DNA of 32,000 nucleotides from Ferrimonas sediminicola (GTDB lineage Bacteria; Pseudomonadota; Gammaproteobacteria; Enterobacterales; Shewanellaceae): NCBI RefSeq assembly GCF_005116715.1, contig NZ_SWCI01000002.1, positions 169,120 to 201,119 of the forward strand, read 5' to 3'. Shown piece by piece: positions 23,904 to 32,000 of this stretch (position 1 is its first letter; each line of letters starts with the position of its first letter). The notes under the pieces were generated by a model. It saw only the letters and a program-made list of their open reading frames with translations, ran no database searches and was not told where the DNA came from. The position numbers and the translations under genes were made by a program.

Positions 23904-26555
23904 ATGACTGATCTGGCTAACGAAATTACGCCAATTAATATCGAAGAGGAGCTGAAGAGTTCCTACCTCGACTATGCCATGAGCGTGATTGTCGGGCGTG
24001 CACTGCCCGACGTCCGGGACGGCCTTAAGCCGGTACACCGTCGCACCCTGTTCGCGATGCACGGCCTGGGCAACGACTGGAACAAACCCTACAAGAAATC
24101 CGCCCGTGTGGTGGGTGACGTTATCGGTAAATACCACCCCCACGGTGACAGCGCGGTCTACGATACCATCGTGCGTATGGCCCAGCCCTTCTCCCTGCGT
24201 TACTGCCTGGTGGACGGCCAGGGCAACTTCGGCTCCGTCGACGGCGACTCCGCCGCGGCGATGCGATACACCGAAGTGCGCATGGCCAAGATCTCCCACG
24301 AACTGTTGGCGGATCTGGACAAGGAGACCGTGGACTACGTGCCCAACTACGACGGCACGGAACTGATTCCCGAGGTGCTGCCCACCAAGGTGCCCAACCT
24401 GCTGGTGAACGGCTCCAGCGGCATTGCGGTGGGCATGGCCACCAACATCCCGCCTCATAACCTGACCGAAGTGGTCGATGGCTGCCTGGCCTACATCGAT
24501 AACTCGGAGATCAGCATCGATGAGCTGATCGAGATCATCCCCGGACCCGACTTCCCCACCGGTGGCATCATCAACGGCCGCAAGGGGATCATCGACGCCT
24601 ACAAGACCGGTCGTGGCAAGATCTACGTCCGTGCCCGCACCGAGGTCGAGACCAGTGCCAGCGGCAGAGAATCGATCATTGTTCACGAGCTGCCCTACCA
24701 GGTGAACAAGGCCCGCCTGATCGAGAAGATCGCCGAGCTGGTCAAGGACAAGAAGCTGGAGGGGATCTCCGGCCTGCGCGACGAGTCCGACAAGGACGGC
24801 ATGCGGGTGGTGATCGAGCTCAAGCGCGGCGAAGTGCCGGAAGTGGTGCTGAACAACCTCTATGCCCAGACTCAGATGCAGACGGTGTTCGGCATCAACA
24901 TGGTGGCCCTGGGCAACAACCAGCCCAAGCTCTACAACCTGAAAGAGACCCTGGAAGCCTTCGTCACCCACCGTCGTGAAGTGGTGACCCGCCGTACCGT
25001 GTACGAGCTGCGCAAGGCACGCGAGCGGGCCCACATCCTGGAAGGTTTGGCCATCTCCCTGGCCAACATCGACCCGGTGATCGAGCTGATTCGTCACTCT
25101 CCGACCCCGGCAGAGGCCCGTGAGGCTCTGCTCACCCGAGGCTGGGAGCTGGGCAACGTCGCCGCCATGCTGGAGAAGGCCGGTGACGATGCCGCCCGTC
25201 CGGACTGGCTGACCCCGGAGTTTGGCATCCGCGACGGCCTCTACTACCTGACCCAGACCCAGGCCCAGGCGATCCTGGACCTGCGCCTGCAGAAGCTGAC
25301 CGGCCTCGAGCATGAGAAGATCCTCGACGAGTACCGCGAGCTGCTGGACGTCATCGCCGAGCTGATGCACATCCTGGCCAGCCCGGAGCGCCTGATGGAG
25401 GTGATCCGTGAGGAGCTGGAAGCGATTCGTGCCGAGTACGGTGACGAGCGTAAGACCGAGATCAGTTCCGCCTCCGCAGACATCTCCCTCGAGGACCTGA
25501 TCAACGAAGAGGACGTGGTGGTCACCCTGTCCCACGCCGGATACTGCAAGTACCAGCCCCTGACCGACTACGAGGCCCAGCGCCGTGGCGGTAAGGGTAA
25601 GGCGGCGGCCAAGATGAAGGATGAAGACTTCATCGAGCGGCTGCTGGTGGCCAACACCCACGACACCATCCTGTGCTTCTCCAACGCCGGTAAGGTTTAC
25701 TGGCTCAAGGTGTACCAGCTGCCCCTGGCCAGCCGCACCGCCCGTGGCAAGCCCATCGTCAACCTGCTGCCGCTGGATGAGGGTGAGGTGATCCAGGCGA
25801 TCCTGCCGGTCCGCGAGTACGACCCCAGCAAGTTTATCGTCTTCGCCACCGCCAAGGGCACCGTCAAGAAGACCGCGCTGGACGCCTACAGCCGTCCCCT
25901 GTCCTCCGGCATCCGCGCCATCAACCTCAACGAGGGGGATGAGCTGATCGCCGTGGACATCACCGACGGCAGCAACGAGGTGATGCTGTTCTCCGACGCC
26001 GGCAAGGTGGTGCGCTTCGACGAGTCCAACGTTCGCGCCATGGGCCGGACCGCCACCGGGGTGCGCGGCATTGCCCTGGACGACGTGGATCGCGTGGTCT
26101 CGATGATTGTACCCCGCGACGATGGCGCCATCCTCACCGTGACCCAGAACGGTTACGGCAAGCGCACCGCCGAGTCCGAGTACCCCACCAAGAGCCGGGC
26201 CACCAAGGGGGTGATCTCCATCAAGGTGAGCGAGCGTAACGGCGCCGTGGTCGGGGCGGTCCAGGTCCATGACAACGACGAGATCATGCTGATCACCGAC
26301 GGCGGCACCCTGGTGCGCACCCGGGTGCACGAGGTCTCCGAAGTAGGCCGCAACACCCAGGGAGTGACCATCATCCGCACCATGGAGGGCGAACAGGTGG
26401 TGGGTCTGCAGCGCATCGATGAGATCGCGGAGCCGGAACTGGCGGAAGGCGAGCCGGTCGACGGCGAGCAAGTGGAGGCGATCGAGGGCGACGCCCCGGC
26501 CACCGATACTCCGGCCAGCGAGGCGCCCGCCGCCGACGAGGCCAACGACGAGTAA
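23904..26555 (+). CDS. gyrA: DNA gyrase subunit A
   Basis: [47 protein letters not shown] is nearly identical to E. coli GyrA. The QRDR reads [10 protein letters not shown], with Ser83 (24150-24152) and Asp87 (24162-24164) in the wild-type state. The C-terminal tail is acidic. Confidence 0.97.
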   Translation: MTDLANEITPINIEEELKSSYLDYAMSVIVGRALPDVRDGLKPVHRRTLFAMHGLGNDWNKPYKKSARVVGDVIGKYHPHGDSAVYDTIVRMAQPFSLRYCLVDGQGNFGSVDGDSAAAMRYTEVRMAKISHELLADLDKETVDYVPNYDGTELIPEVLPTKVPNLLVNGSSGIAVGMATNIPPHNLTEVVDGCLAYIDNSEISIDELIEIIPGPDFPTGGIINGRKGIIDAYKTGRGKIYVRARTEVETSASGRESIIVHELPYQVNKARLIEKIAELVKDKKLEGISGLRDESDKDGMRVVIELKRGEVPEVVLNNLYAQTQMQTVFGINMVALGNNQPKLYNLKETLEAFVTHRREVVTRRTVYELRKARERAHILEGLAISLANIDPVIELIRHSPTPAEAREALLTRGWELGNVAAMLEKAGDDAARPDWLTPEFGIRDGLYYLTQTQAQAILDLRLQKLTGLEHEKILDEYRELLDVIAELMHILASPERLMEVIREELEAIRAEYGDERKTEISSASADISLEDLINEEDVVVTLSHAGYCKYQPLTDYEAQRRGGKGKAAAKMKDEDFIERLLVANTHDTILCFSNAGKVYWLKVYQLPLASRTARGKPIVNLLPLDEGEVIQAILPVREYDPSKFIVFATAKGTVKKTALDAYSRPLSSGIRAINLNEGDELIAVDITDGSNEVMLFSDAGKVVRFDESNVRAMGRTATGVRGIALDDVDRVVSMIVPRDDGAILTVTQNGYGKRTAESEYPTKSRATKGVISIKVSERNGAVVGAVQVHDNDEIMLITDGGTLVRTRVHEVSEVGRNTQGVTIIRTMEGEQVVGLQRIDEIAEPELAEGEPVDGEQVEAIEGDAPATDTPASEAPAADEANDE

Positions 26556-26582
26556 CCGCTGCTTATCGCGCAATAACCGAAA

Positions 26583-26609
26583 ACGGACGCCCAGGCGTCC
26601 GTTTTTTTA
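26583..26609 (+). terminator. Rho-independent terminator after gyrA
   Basis: ACGGACGC-CCAG-GCGTCCGT followed by TTTTTTT. Confidence 0.85.
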
Positions 26610-26670
26610 TTCCTTAGCCGGGAAAACTGGTGTTAAATGGGGTGTTTTATCTAGATAAAGGATCCGAGGA

Positions 26671-27735
26671 ATGAGCGTGTACAACTTCTGCGCCGGTCCG
26701 GCGATGTTGCCGGCCGAAGTGATGGCCAAGGCCCAGAAAGAGCTGGTGGACTTCCATGGCCTGGGCGTATCGGTAATGGAGCTCAGCCACAGATCCAAGG
26801 AGTATCTGGCGGTGGCCAACGCCGCGGAAGCCAACCTGCGCGAGTTGATGGGCATCAGTGACGACTACGCGGTCCTGTTTACCCACGGTGGCGCCCGGGC
26901 GCACTTCTCCGCCATTCCCCTGAACCTGGCCGGCGCCGATGACCAGGTGGATTACCTGATCTCCGGCCAGTGGTCGGCCGGTGCCGCCCAGGAAGCGGCC
27001 AAGTACGCCCAGGTCAACCGCATCGATCTGCGCGTCGGTAACGGCCTGGAGATGACCAGGGCCGGCGAGGCGGGGCAGGGTGCCTACCTGCACTACTGCC
27101 CCAACGAGACCGTCGACGGAGTGGCGATCTTCGATGAGCCGGACAGCGACCAGCCGCTGATTGCCGATTACTCCTCCTGCATCCTGGGCCGGGAGATTGA
27201 CATCAACCGCTACGGCCTGATCTACGCCGGCGCCCAGAAGAACGTCGGTCCCGCCGGGTTGGCGCTGGTGATCGTCCGCCGCGACCTCATCGGTCAGGCG
27301 CAGCCCACCACCCCCTCCATCCTGGACTACGGATTGCTGGACAAGCACGACTCCATGTACAACACCCCGCCCACCTACGCCTGGTACCTGGCCGGGGAGG
27401 TGTTCAAGTGGATCAAGGCCCAGGGTGGGGTGGCCGCCATGGCCGAGCTCAACCGCCACAAGGCGGCGTTGCTGTACGATTTTATTGACAGCGGTGACTT
27501 CTACCAAAATCGGGTGGATCCAAGCCATCGCAGTGAGATGAATGTACCTTTCCAACTGGCCAACCCTGATCTGGACGCCGCCTTCCTGGCGCAGTCGCAG
27601 CAGGCCGGGCTGATGGCGCTGAAGGGGCACCGCAGTGTGGGCGGTATGCGGGCCAGCCTCTACAACGCCATGCCCATCGAGGGGGTCCAGGCCCTGGTGG
27701 CCTTCATGAAAGCCTTCGAGCTTCAACACAAATAG
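26671..27735 (+). CDS. serC: Phosphoserine aminotransferase
   Basis: 354 aa. N-terminal NFCAGPAMLP, the central YAGAQKNVGPAGL (PLP-lysine region) and the C-terminal GHRSVGGMRASLYNAMP are present. Confidence 0.93.
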   Translation: MSVYNFCAGPAMLPAEVMAKAQKELVDFHGLGVSVMELSHRSKEYLAVANAAEANLRELMGISDDYAVLFTHGGARAHFSAIPLNLAGADDQVDYLISGQWSAGAAQEAAKYAQVNRIDLRVGNGLEMTRAGEAGQGAYLHYCPNETVDGVAIFDEPDSDQPLIADYSSCILGREIDINRYGLIYAGAQKNVGPAGLALVIVRRDLIGQAQPTTPSILDYGLLDKHDSMYNTPPTYAWYLAGEVFKWIKAQGGVAAMAELNRHKAALLYDFIDSGDFYQNRVDPSHRSEMNVPFQLANPDLDAAFLAQSQQAGLMALKGHRSVGGMRASLYNAMPIEGVQALVAFMKAFELQHK

Positions 27736-27758
27736 GAAAGAAGATAAGGAAAGCATAA

Positions 27759-28856
27759 GTGTCAAATGAACTGACCCGGCTCGCCAACCCCGGGGTTGAC
27801 GGGCTGATGCCCTACCAGCCCGGCAAGCCCATGGAGGAGCTGGAGCGGGAACTGGGGATCACCGACGTCGTCAAGCTGGCGTCCAACGAAAATCCCCTGG
27901 GACTGAGCCCACTGGCGCGGGCCGCCATCGACAAGGCGGCGCCGGAGTTGGCGCGCTACCCGGACGCCAACGGATTCTACCTGAAGCAGAAGCTCAGCGG
28001 CCTGCTGGGCTGCGGCAGCGACCAGATCACCCTGGGCAACGGCTCCAACGAAGTGCTGGAGATCCTGTTCCGCACCTTCGTCGGCGCCGAGGACGAGGTG
28101 ATCTTCGATGCCCACGCCTTCATCGTCTACCAGCTGCTGACCCAGTCCTGCGGCGCCACCGCGGTCAAGACCCCGGCCAAGGAGTGGGGCCATGATCTGG
28201 AGGCGATGCTGAACGCCATCAGCAAACGCACCAAGCTGATCTGTATCGCCAACCCCAACAATCCTACCGGCACCTTCCTGACCGCCGACGAGCTCGAGGC
28301 CTTCATGGCGCGGGTGCCGCAGCGGGTACTGGTGGTGCTGGACGAAGCCTACTACGAGTACCTCACCCCGGAGCAGCGCCCCCCCAGCCTCCAGTGGCTG
28401 GCCGACTACCCCAACCTGTGCGTCAGTCGCACCTTCTCCAAGGCCTACGGCCTGGCGGGGTTGAGGGTCGGCTACCTGGTGGCCTCGGCGGCGATGACCG
28501 ATCTGCTTAACCGGGTTCGGGAGCCCTTCAACAACAACGCCCTGGCGTTGGCCGCCGCCGAAGCGGTGCTGGACGATCACGACTACCTGGCGCGAGGCAT
28601 CGAGCTGAACCGGAGGGAGATGGCGCGAATGGAAGCCTATTTCACCGATCGCGGCATCCCCTATATCCCCAGCGTGGCCAACTTCATCACCATCGAGGTG
28701 GGCCAGGCCGCTGCCCTCTATGAGGCGTTGCTGAAAAAGGGGGTGATAGTACGTCCCATTGCGGGTTATGGTATGCCTTCTCACCTGCGCGTCAGCATCG
28801 GGCTGGAGTTTGAGAACTCCCGCTTTATGCAGGCGCTGGATGACGTCATGAGGTAA
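27759..28856 (+). CDS. hisC: Histidinol-phosphate/aromatic aminotransferase (HisC family)
   Basis: GTG start with an AAGGAAAG RBS. LASNENPLG, NPNNPTG and the PLP-lysine motif SRTFSKAYGLAGLRVGY are present. Confidence 0.85.
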   Translation: MSNELTRLANPGVDGLMPYQPGKPMEELERELGITDVVKLASNENPLGLSPLARAAIDKAAPELARYPDANGFYLKQKLSGLLGCGSDQITLGNGSNEVLEILFRTFVGAEDEVIFDAHAFIVYQLLTQSCGATAVKTPAKEWGHDLEAMLNAISKRTKLICIANPNNPTGTFLTADELEAFMARVPQRVLVVLDEAYYEYLTPEQRPPSLQWLADYPNLCVSRTFSKAYGLAGLRVGYLVASAAMTDLLNRVREPFNNNALALAAAEAVLDDHDYLARGIELNRREMARMEAYFTDRGIPYIPSVANFITIEVGQAAALYEALLKKGVIVRPIAGYGMPSHLRVSIGLEFENSRFMQALDDVMR

Positions 28857-28891
28857 CGCCCTAACCACCTCGGCGAATTACAGCAGTTTTC

Positions 28892-28919
28892 AAGGGGCCA
28901 ACGGCCCCTTTTCATTTTT
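28892..28919 (+). terminator. Rho-independent terminator/attenuator between hisC and aroA
   Basis: AAGGGGCC-AAC-GGCCCCTT followed by TTCATTTTT. It ends about 15 nt before the aroA ATG. Confidence 0.65.
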
Positions 28920-28934
28920 AAGCGGGAGCAGTCC

Positions 28935-30215
28935 ATGGAGCAGTTACACCTTTCTCCGATTTCCCGGGTCGATGGGGTGATCACCCTGCCCGGTTCCAAG
29001 AGCATCTCCAACCGAGCCCTGCTGTTGGCCACCCTGGCCAGCGGCAGCACCCGGTTGACCAACCTGCTGGACTCGGACGACATCCGCCATATGCTCAATG
29101 CGCTGACCACCCTCGGGGTGAGTTACGATTACGACCGGGGCGCCGCCACCATCGAGGTCGAGGGGCTGGGCGGACGCCTGGCCCGGGGCCAGCAGGCGGA
29201 GCTGTACCTGGGCAACGCCGGCACCGCCATGCGGCCGCTGGCCGCGGCCCTGGCCATCGGCAGCGGCCAGTTTGTGCTGACCGGTGAGCCGCGGATGAAG
29301 GAGCGCCCCATCGGCCACCTGGTCGAGGCCCTGGCGCCGCTGGGGGCCGAGATCCGCTACCTGGAAAACCCCGGCTACCCGCCGCTGGCGATCACCGCCG
29401 CCGATCTCGGCGGCGGCGAGGTGGAGATCGACGGCTCCATCTCATCGCAATTCCTCACCGCCCTGCTGATGGTGGCGCCGCTGCTCGGCGGCAGCCTCAC
29501 CATCCGCGTCAAGGGGGAGCTGGTCTCCAAGCCCTACATCGACATCACCCTGGGGATGATGGCCCGCTTCGGTGTCGAAGTGGAGAACCGCGACTACCAG
29601 AGCTTTAAGATCGCTTCTGGTCAGCAGTACGTCAGCCCGGGCGACTACCTGGTAGAGGGGGATGCCAGCTCCGCCTCCTACTTCCTGGCGGCGGCGGCCA
29701 TTGGCGGCGGCACCGTCGAGGTGCGCGGCGTCGGCACCGACAGCCTGCAGGGGGATAAACACTTTGCCGATGTGCTGGCGGCGATGGGCGCCCGGGTCGA
29801 GTGGGGCAGGGACTTTATCCGCTGCGGACGCGGCACCCTCAAGGGGGTGGACATGGACATGAACGCCATCCCCGATGCGGCGATGACCATCGCCACTACC
29901 GCGCTGTTCGCCGAGGGACCGACCACCATCCGCAACATCTACAACTGGCGGGTGAAGGAGACCGACCGGCTGACGGCCATGGCCACCGAGCTGCGCAAGG
30001 TGGGCGCCCTGGTTGAGGAGGGAGAGGATTACCTGCGCATCGAGCCGACGCCGCAGCTCAGGCACGCCGAGATCGCCACCTACAACGATCACCGCATCGC
30101 CATGTGTTTCGCCCTGTTGGCCGTGGGTGGGCAGCCGGTCACCATCCTCGACCCAGGCTGTACCGCCAAGACCTTCCCGGACTTCTTTGACCGGCTGGCG
30201 TCCATCAGCCGCTAG
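28935..30215 (+). CDS. aroA: 3-phosphoshikimate 1-carboxyvinyltransferase (EPSP synthase)
   Basis: 426 aa with [36 protein letters not shown] and [10 protein letters not shown]. Confidence 0.95.
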   Translation: MEQLHLSPISRVDGVITLPGSKSISNRALLLATLASGSTRLTNLLDSDDIRHMLNALTTLGVSYDYDRGAATIEVEGLGGRLARGQQAELYLGNAGTAMRPLAAALAIGSGQFVLTGEPRMKERPIGHLVEALAPLGAEIRYLENPGYPPLAITAADLGGGEVEIDGSISSQFLTALLMVAPLLGGSLTIRVKGELVSKPYIDITLGMMARFGVEVENRDYQSFKIASGQQYVSPGDYLVEGDASSASYFLAAAAIGGGTVEVRGVGTDSLQGDKHFADVLAAMGARVEWGRDFIRCGRGTLKGVDMDMNAIPDAAMTIATTALFAEGPTTIRNIYNWRVKETDRLTAMATELRKVGALVEEGEDYLRIEPTPQLRHAEIATYNDHRIAMCFALLAVGGQPVTILDPGCTAKTFPDFFDRLASISR

Positions 30216-30312
30216 CAGCTGCTACACTTCATGGTTTTGCCGCGGCAGGGCCATTTTGGCGCAAGCGATCGAGCAATTGTGAGCTAAGGGCTTACTTTAA
30301 CTTGGGAATCTG

Positions 30313-30350
30313 TATAATGGGCCCGCTTTCCTGCCGCCGGTTGCGGCAGG
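30313..30350 (+). promoter_or_regulatory. Consensus -10 hexamer TATAAT followed by a perfect 8-bp GC hairpin in the cmk/rpsA leader
   Basis: TATAAT lies at 30313-30318. CCTGCCGC-CGGTT-GCGGCAGG lies at 30330-30350. No U-run follows the hairpin. Confidence 0.4.
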
Positions 30351-30405
30351 ATACTGCCGGGTCATGGTCCCCGGTGGATATTGAGAAACTGTTTTGGAGA
30401 CAAGC

Positions 30406-31089
30406 ATGCCTCATCAGGCCCCTGTGATTACCATTGACGGACCCAGCGGGGTGGGGAAGGGCACCGTATGCCACCTATTGGCCGAAAAGCTGGGTTGGCA
30501 CCTGCTGGACTCCGGCGCCATCTACCGTGTCCTGGCCCTGGCAGCGCTGCACCATAACATTGAACTGGACAACGAAGAGGGGCTGGCGTTGATGGCCGCC
30601 CACCTGGACGTGTCTTTCAGCCCGGATGACGAGGGCGGCATCAAGGTGGTGCTCGAGGGCGAGGTGGTCAGCCGCGAAATCCGCAGCCAGGAGTGCGCCA
30701 ATGCCGCTTCAAAGGTGGCGGCTTTTCCCCGAGTCCGTGAGGCGCTGCTGCGCCGCCAGCGGGCATTTCGGGTCGAACCCGGGCTGATTGCCGACGGCCG
30801 CGACATGGGAACGGTGGTGTTCCCTGACGCAGAGGCTAAAATCTTTATGACTGCCAGTGCGGAGGAGCGTGCGCGACGCCGTTACTTGCAGTTGAAGGAG
30901 AAGGGCTTAGATGCTAGTATTGACCGCCTTTTGGCGGAGATACGCGAGCGTGACGAGCGCGATGCCAACCGTAAGGTGGCACCGATGAAGCCCGCCGAAG
31001 ACGCATTACTGATTGATACCACGGAGCTGTCCATCGACCAGGTGGTCGACAAGGCGCTTCGCTTCGTGGTGGAAAAACTGGGCCGGTAA
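30406..31089 (+). CDS. cmk: Cytidylate kinase
   Basis: The ATG at 30406 has a [24 protein letters not shown]...[18 protein letters not shown] is colinear with E. coli Cmk. Confidence 0.93.
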   Translation: MPHQAPVITIDGPSGVGKGTVCHLLAEKLGWHLLDSGAIYRVLALAALHHNIELDNEEGLALMAAHLDVSFSPDDEGGIKVVLEGEVVSREIRSQECANAASKVAAFPRVREALLRRQRAFRVEPGLIADGRDMGTVVFPDAEAKIFMTASAEERARRRYLQLKEKGLDASIDRLLAEIRERDERDANRKVAPMKPAEDALLIDTTELSIDQVVDKALRFVVEKLGR

Positions 31090-31190
31090 CGGCCCGCAAG
31101 CTGCCCGTATCAAGGAGTGACGCGGGTTTATGGCAACTACCCCATGTCCAGGATGGCACATGGATGACCACTATTAATTGTTGATTAAAC

Positions 31191-32000
31191 ATGACTGAAT
31201 CTTTTGCTCAACTGTTTGAAGAATCCCTGAAGGATCTGGAAACCCGCCCCGGTGCCATCGTTAAAGGTACCGTTGTTGCTATCGAGAACGGCATCGTTCT
31301 GGTTGACGCCGGCCTGAAGTCCGAGTCCGCCATCCCCGCCGAGCAGTTCAAGAACGCCAAGGGCGAGCTGGAGATCAACGTAGGCGATTCCGTAGACGTA
31401 GCTCTGGACGCTGTTGAAGACGGCTTCGGTGAGACCCAGCTGTCTCGCGAAAAAGCCAAGCGTCACGAAGCATGGCTGCGCCTGGAGAAAGCCTACGAAG
31501 ATGAAGAGACCGTTATCGGTATCATCAACGGCAAGGTTAAAGGCGGTTTCACCGTCGAGCTGGAAGGCATCCGTGCGTTCCTGCCTGGTTCCCTGGTTGA
31601 CGTACGTCCCGTACGTGACACCACTCACCTGGAAGGCAAAGAGCTGGAATTCAAGGTGATCAAGCTGGACCAGAAGCGCAACAACGTTGTTGTTTCCCGT
31701 CGTGCGGTTATCGAATCTGAGAACAGCGTTGAGCGCGAGCAGCTGCTGGAGAACCTGCAAGAAGGTCAAGAAGTTAAGGGTATCGTTAAGAACCTGACCG
31801 ACTACGGTGCCTTCGTAGACCTGGGCGGCGTTGACGGCCTGCTGCACATCACCGACATGGCTTGGAAGCGCGTTAAGCATCCTTCCGAGATCGTGAACGT
31901 TGGCGACGAGATCAACGTTAAGGTACTGAAGTTCGACCGCGAGCGCACCCGTGTTTCCCTGGGTCTGAAGCAACTGGGCGAAGATCCATGGGTAGCCATC
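31191..32000 (+). CDS. rpsA: 30S ribosomal protein S1 (5' part, continues beyond the window)
   Basis: [46 protein letters not shown]... is open for 270 codons to the window end. Codon usage is that of a highly expressed gene. It is absent from the ORF track only because no stop lies in the window. Confidence 0.95.
   Translation, partial: MTESFAQLFEESLKDLETRPGAIVKGTVVAIENGIVLVDAGLKSESAIPAEQFKNAKGELEINVGDSVDVALDAVEDGFGETQLSREKAKRHEAWLRLEKAYEDEETVIGIINGKVKGGFTVELEGIRAFLPGSLVDVRPVRDTTHLEGKELEFKVIKLDQKRNNVVVSRRAVIESENSVEREQLLENLQEGQEVKGIVKNLTDYGAFVDLGGVDGLLHITDMAWKRVKHPSEIVNVGDEINVKVLKFDRERTRVSLGLKQLGEDPWVAI

Noticed and set aside
23814-26573. 919-aa ORF antisense to gyrA
   Set aside because: It is fully overlapped by an unmistakable gyrA on the opposite strand. 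Long stop-free antisense frames are expected in high-GC, codon-biased genes, and its translation is low-complexity (G/A/V/L/H-rich) with no motifs.
31185-31973. 262-aa minus-strand ORF over the rpsA region
   Set aside because: The plus strand encodes a textbook ribosomal protein S1 N-terminus that is open to the window end. It is missing from the track only because it has no stop codon in the window.

Overview
GC-rich (about 60-70% in sampled lines) gammaproteobacterium-type chromosomal window. It is mostly housekeeping backbone: folD, rhlE-like DEAD-box helicase, yfaE-nrdB-nrdA, gph/mupP-like phosphatase, ubiG, gyrA, serC, hisC, aroA, cmk and the rpsA 5' part. Two regions stand out. (1) 10284-13064 is an AT-rich (about 27-40% GC) block of four integron-type gene cassettes. 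Each ends in a Vibrio-repeat-like attC site, and the first 9-11 bases of each cassette are the exact reverse complement of the R'' box of its own attC. No integron integrase lies in the window, so this looks like an attC cluster lacking an integrase. The cargo is a small EF-Tu-domain-3-like protein, an R-S-E-motif ADP-ribosyltransferase-like protein, a PD-(D/E)xK-like gene broken by one in-frame TAA, and a 221-aa unknown. The left flank (9899-10283) holds attC relics, a tandem 9-mer and a roughly 165-bp imperfect palindrome. (2) 1-6570 is a neutral-lipid (wax ester) locus arranged like a pha cluster. It has two PhaF/PhaI-type phasins, a WS/DGAT acyltransferase and an HSL-family esterase, convergent with a two-domain fatty acyl-CoA reductase, an SRPBCC protein and a TetR regulator. 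No PHA synthase is visible. A mid-GC accessory stretch (14.4-17.1 kb) carries a methyltransferase, an ABM monooxygenase and a GNAT gene flanked by roughly 95-bp direct repeats. I saw no rRNA, tRNA, CRISPR array or transposase. All calls rest on reading the sequence and remembered family motifs; no searches were run.
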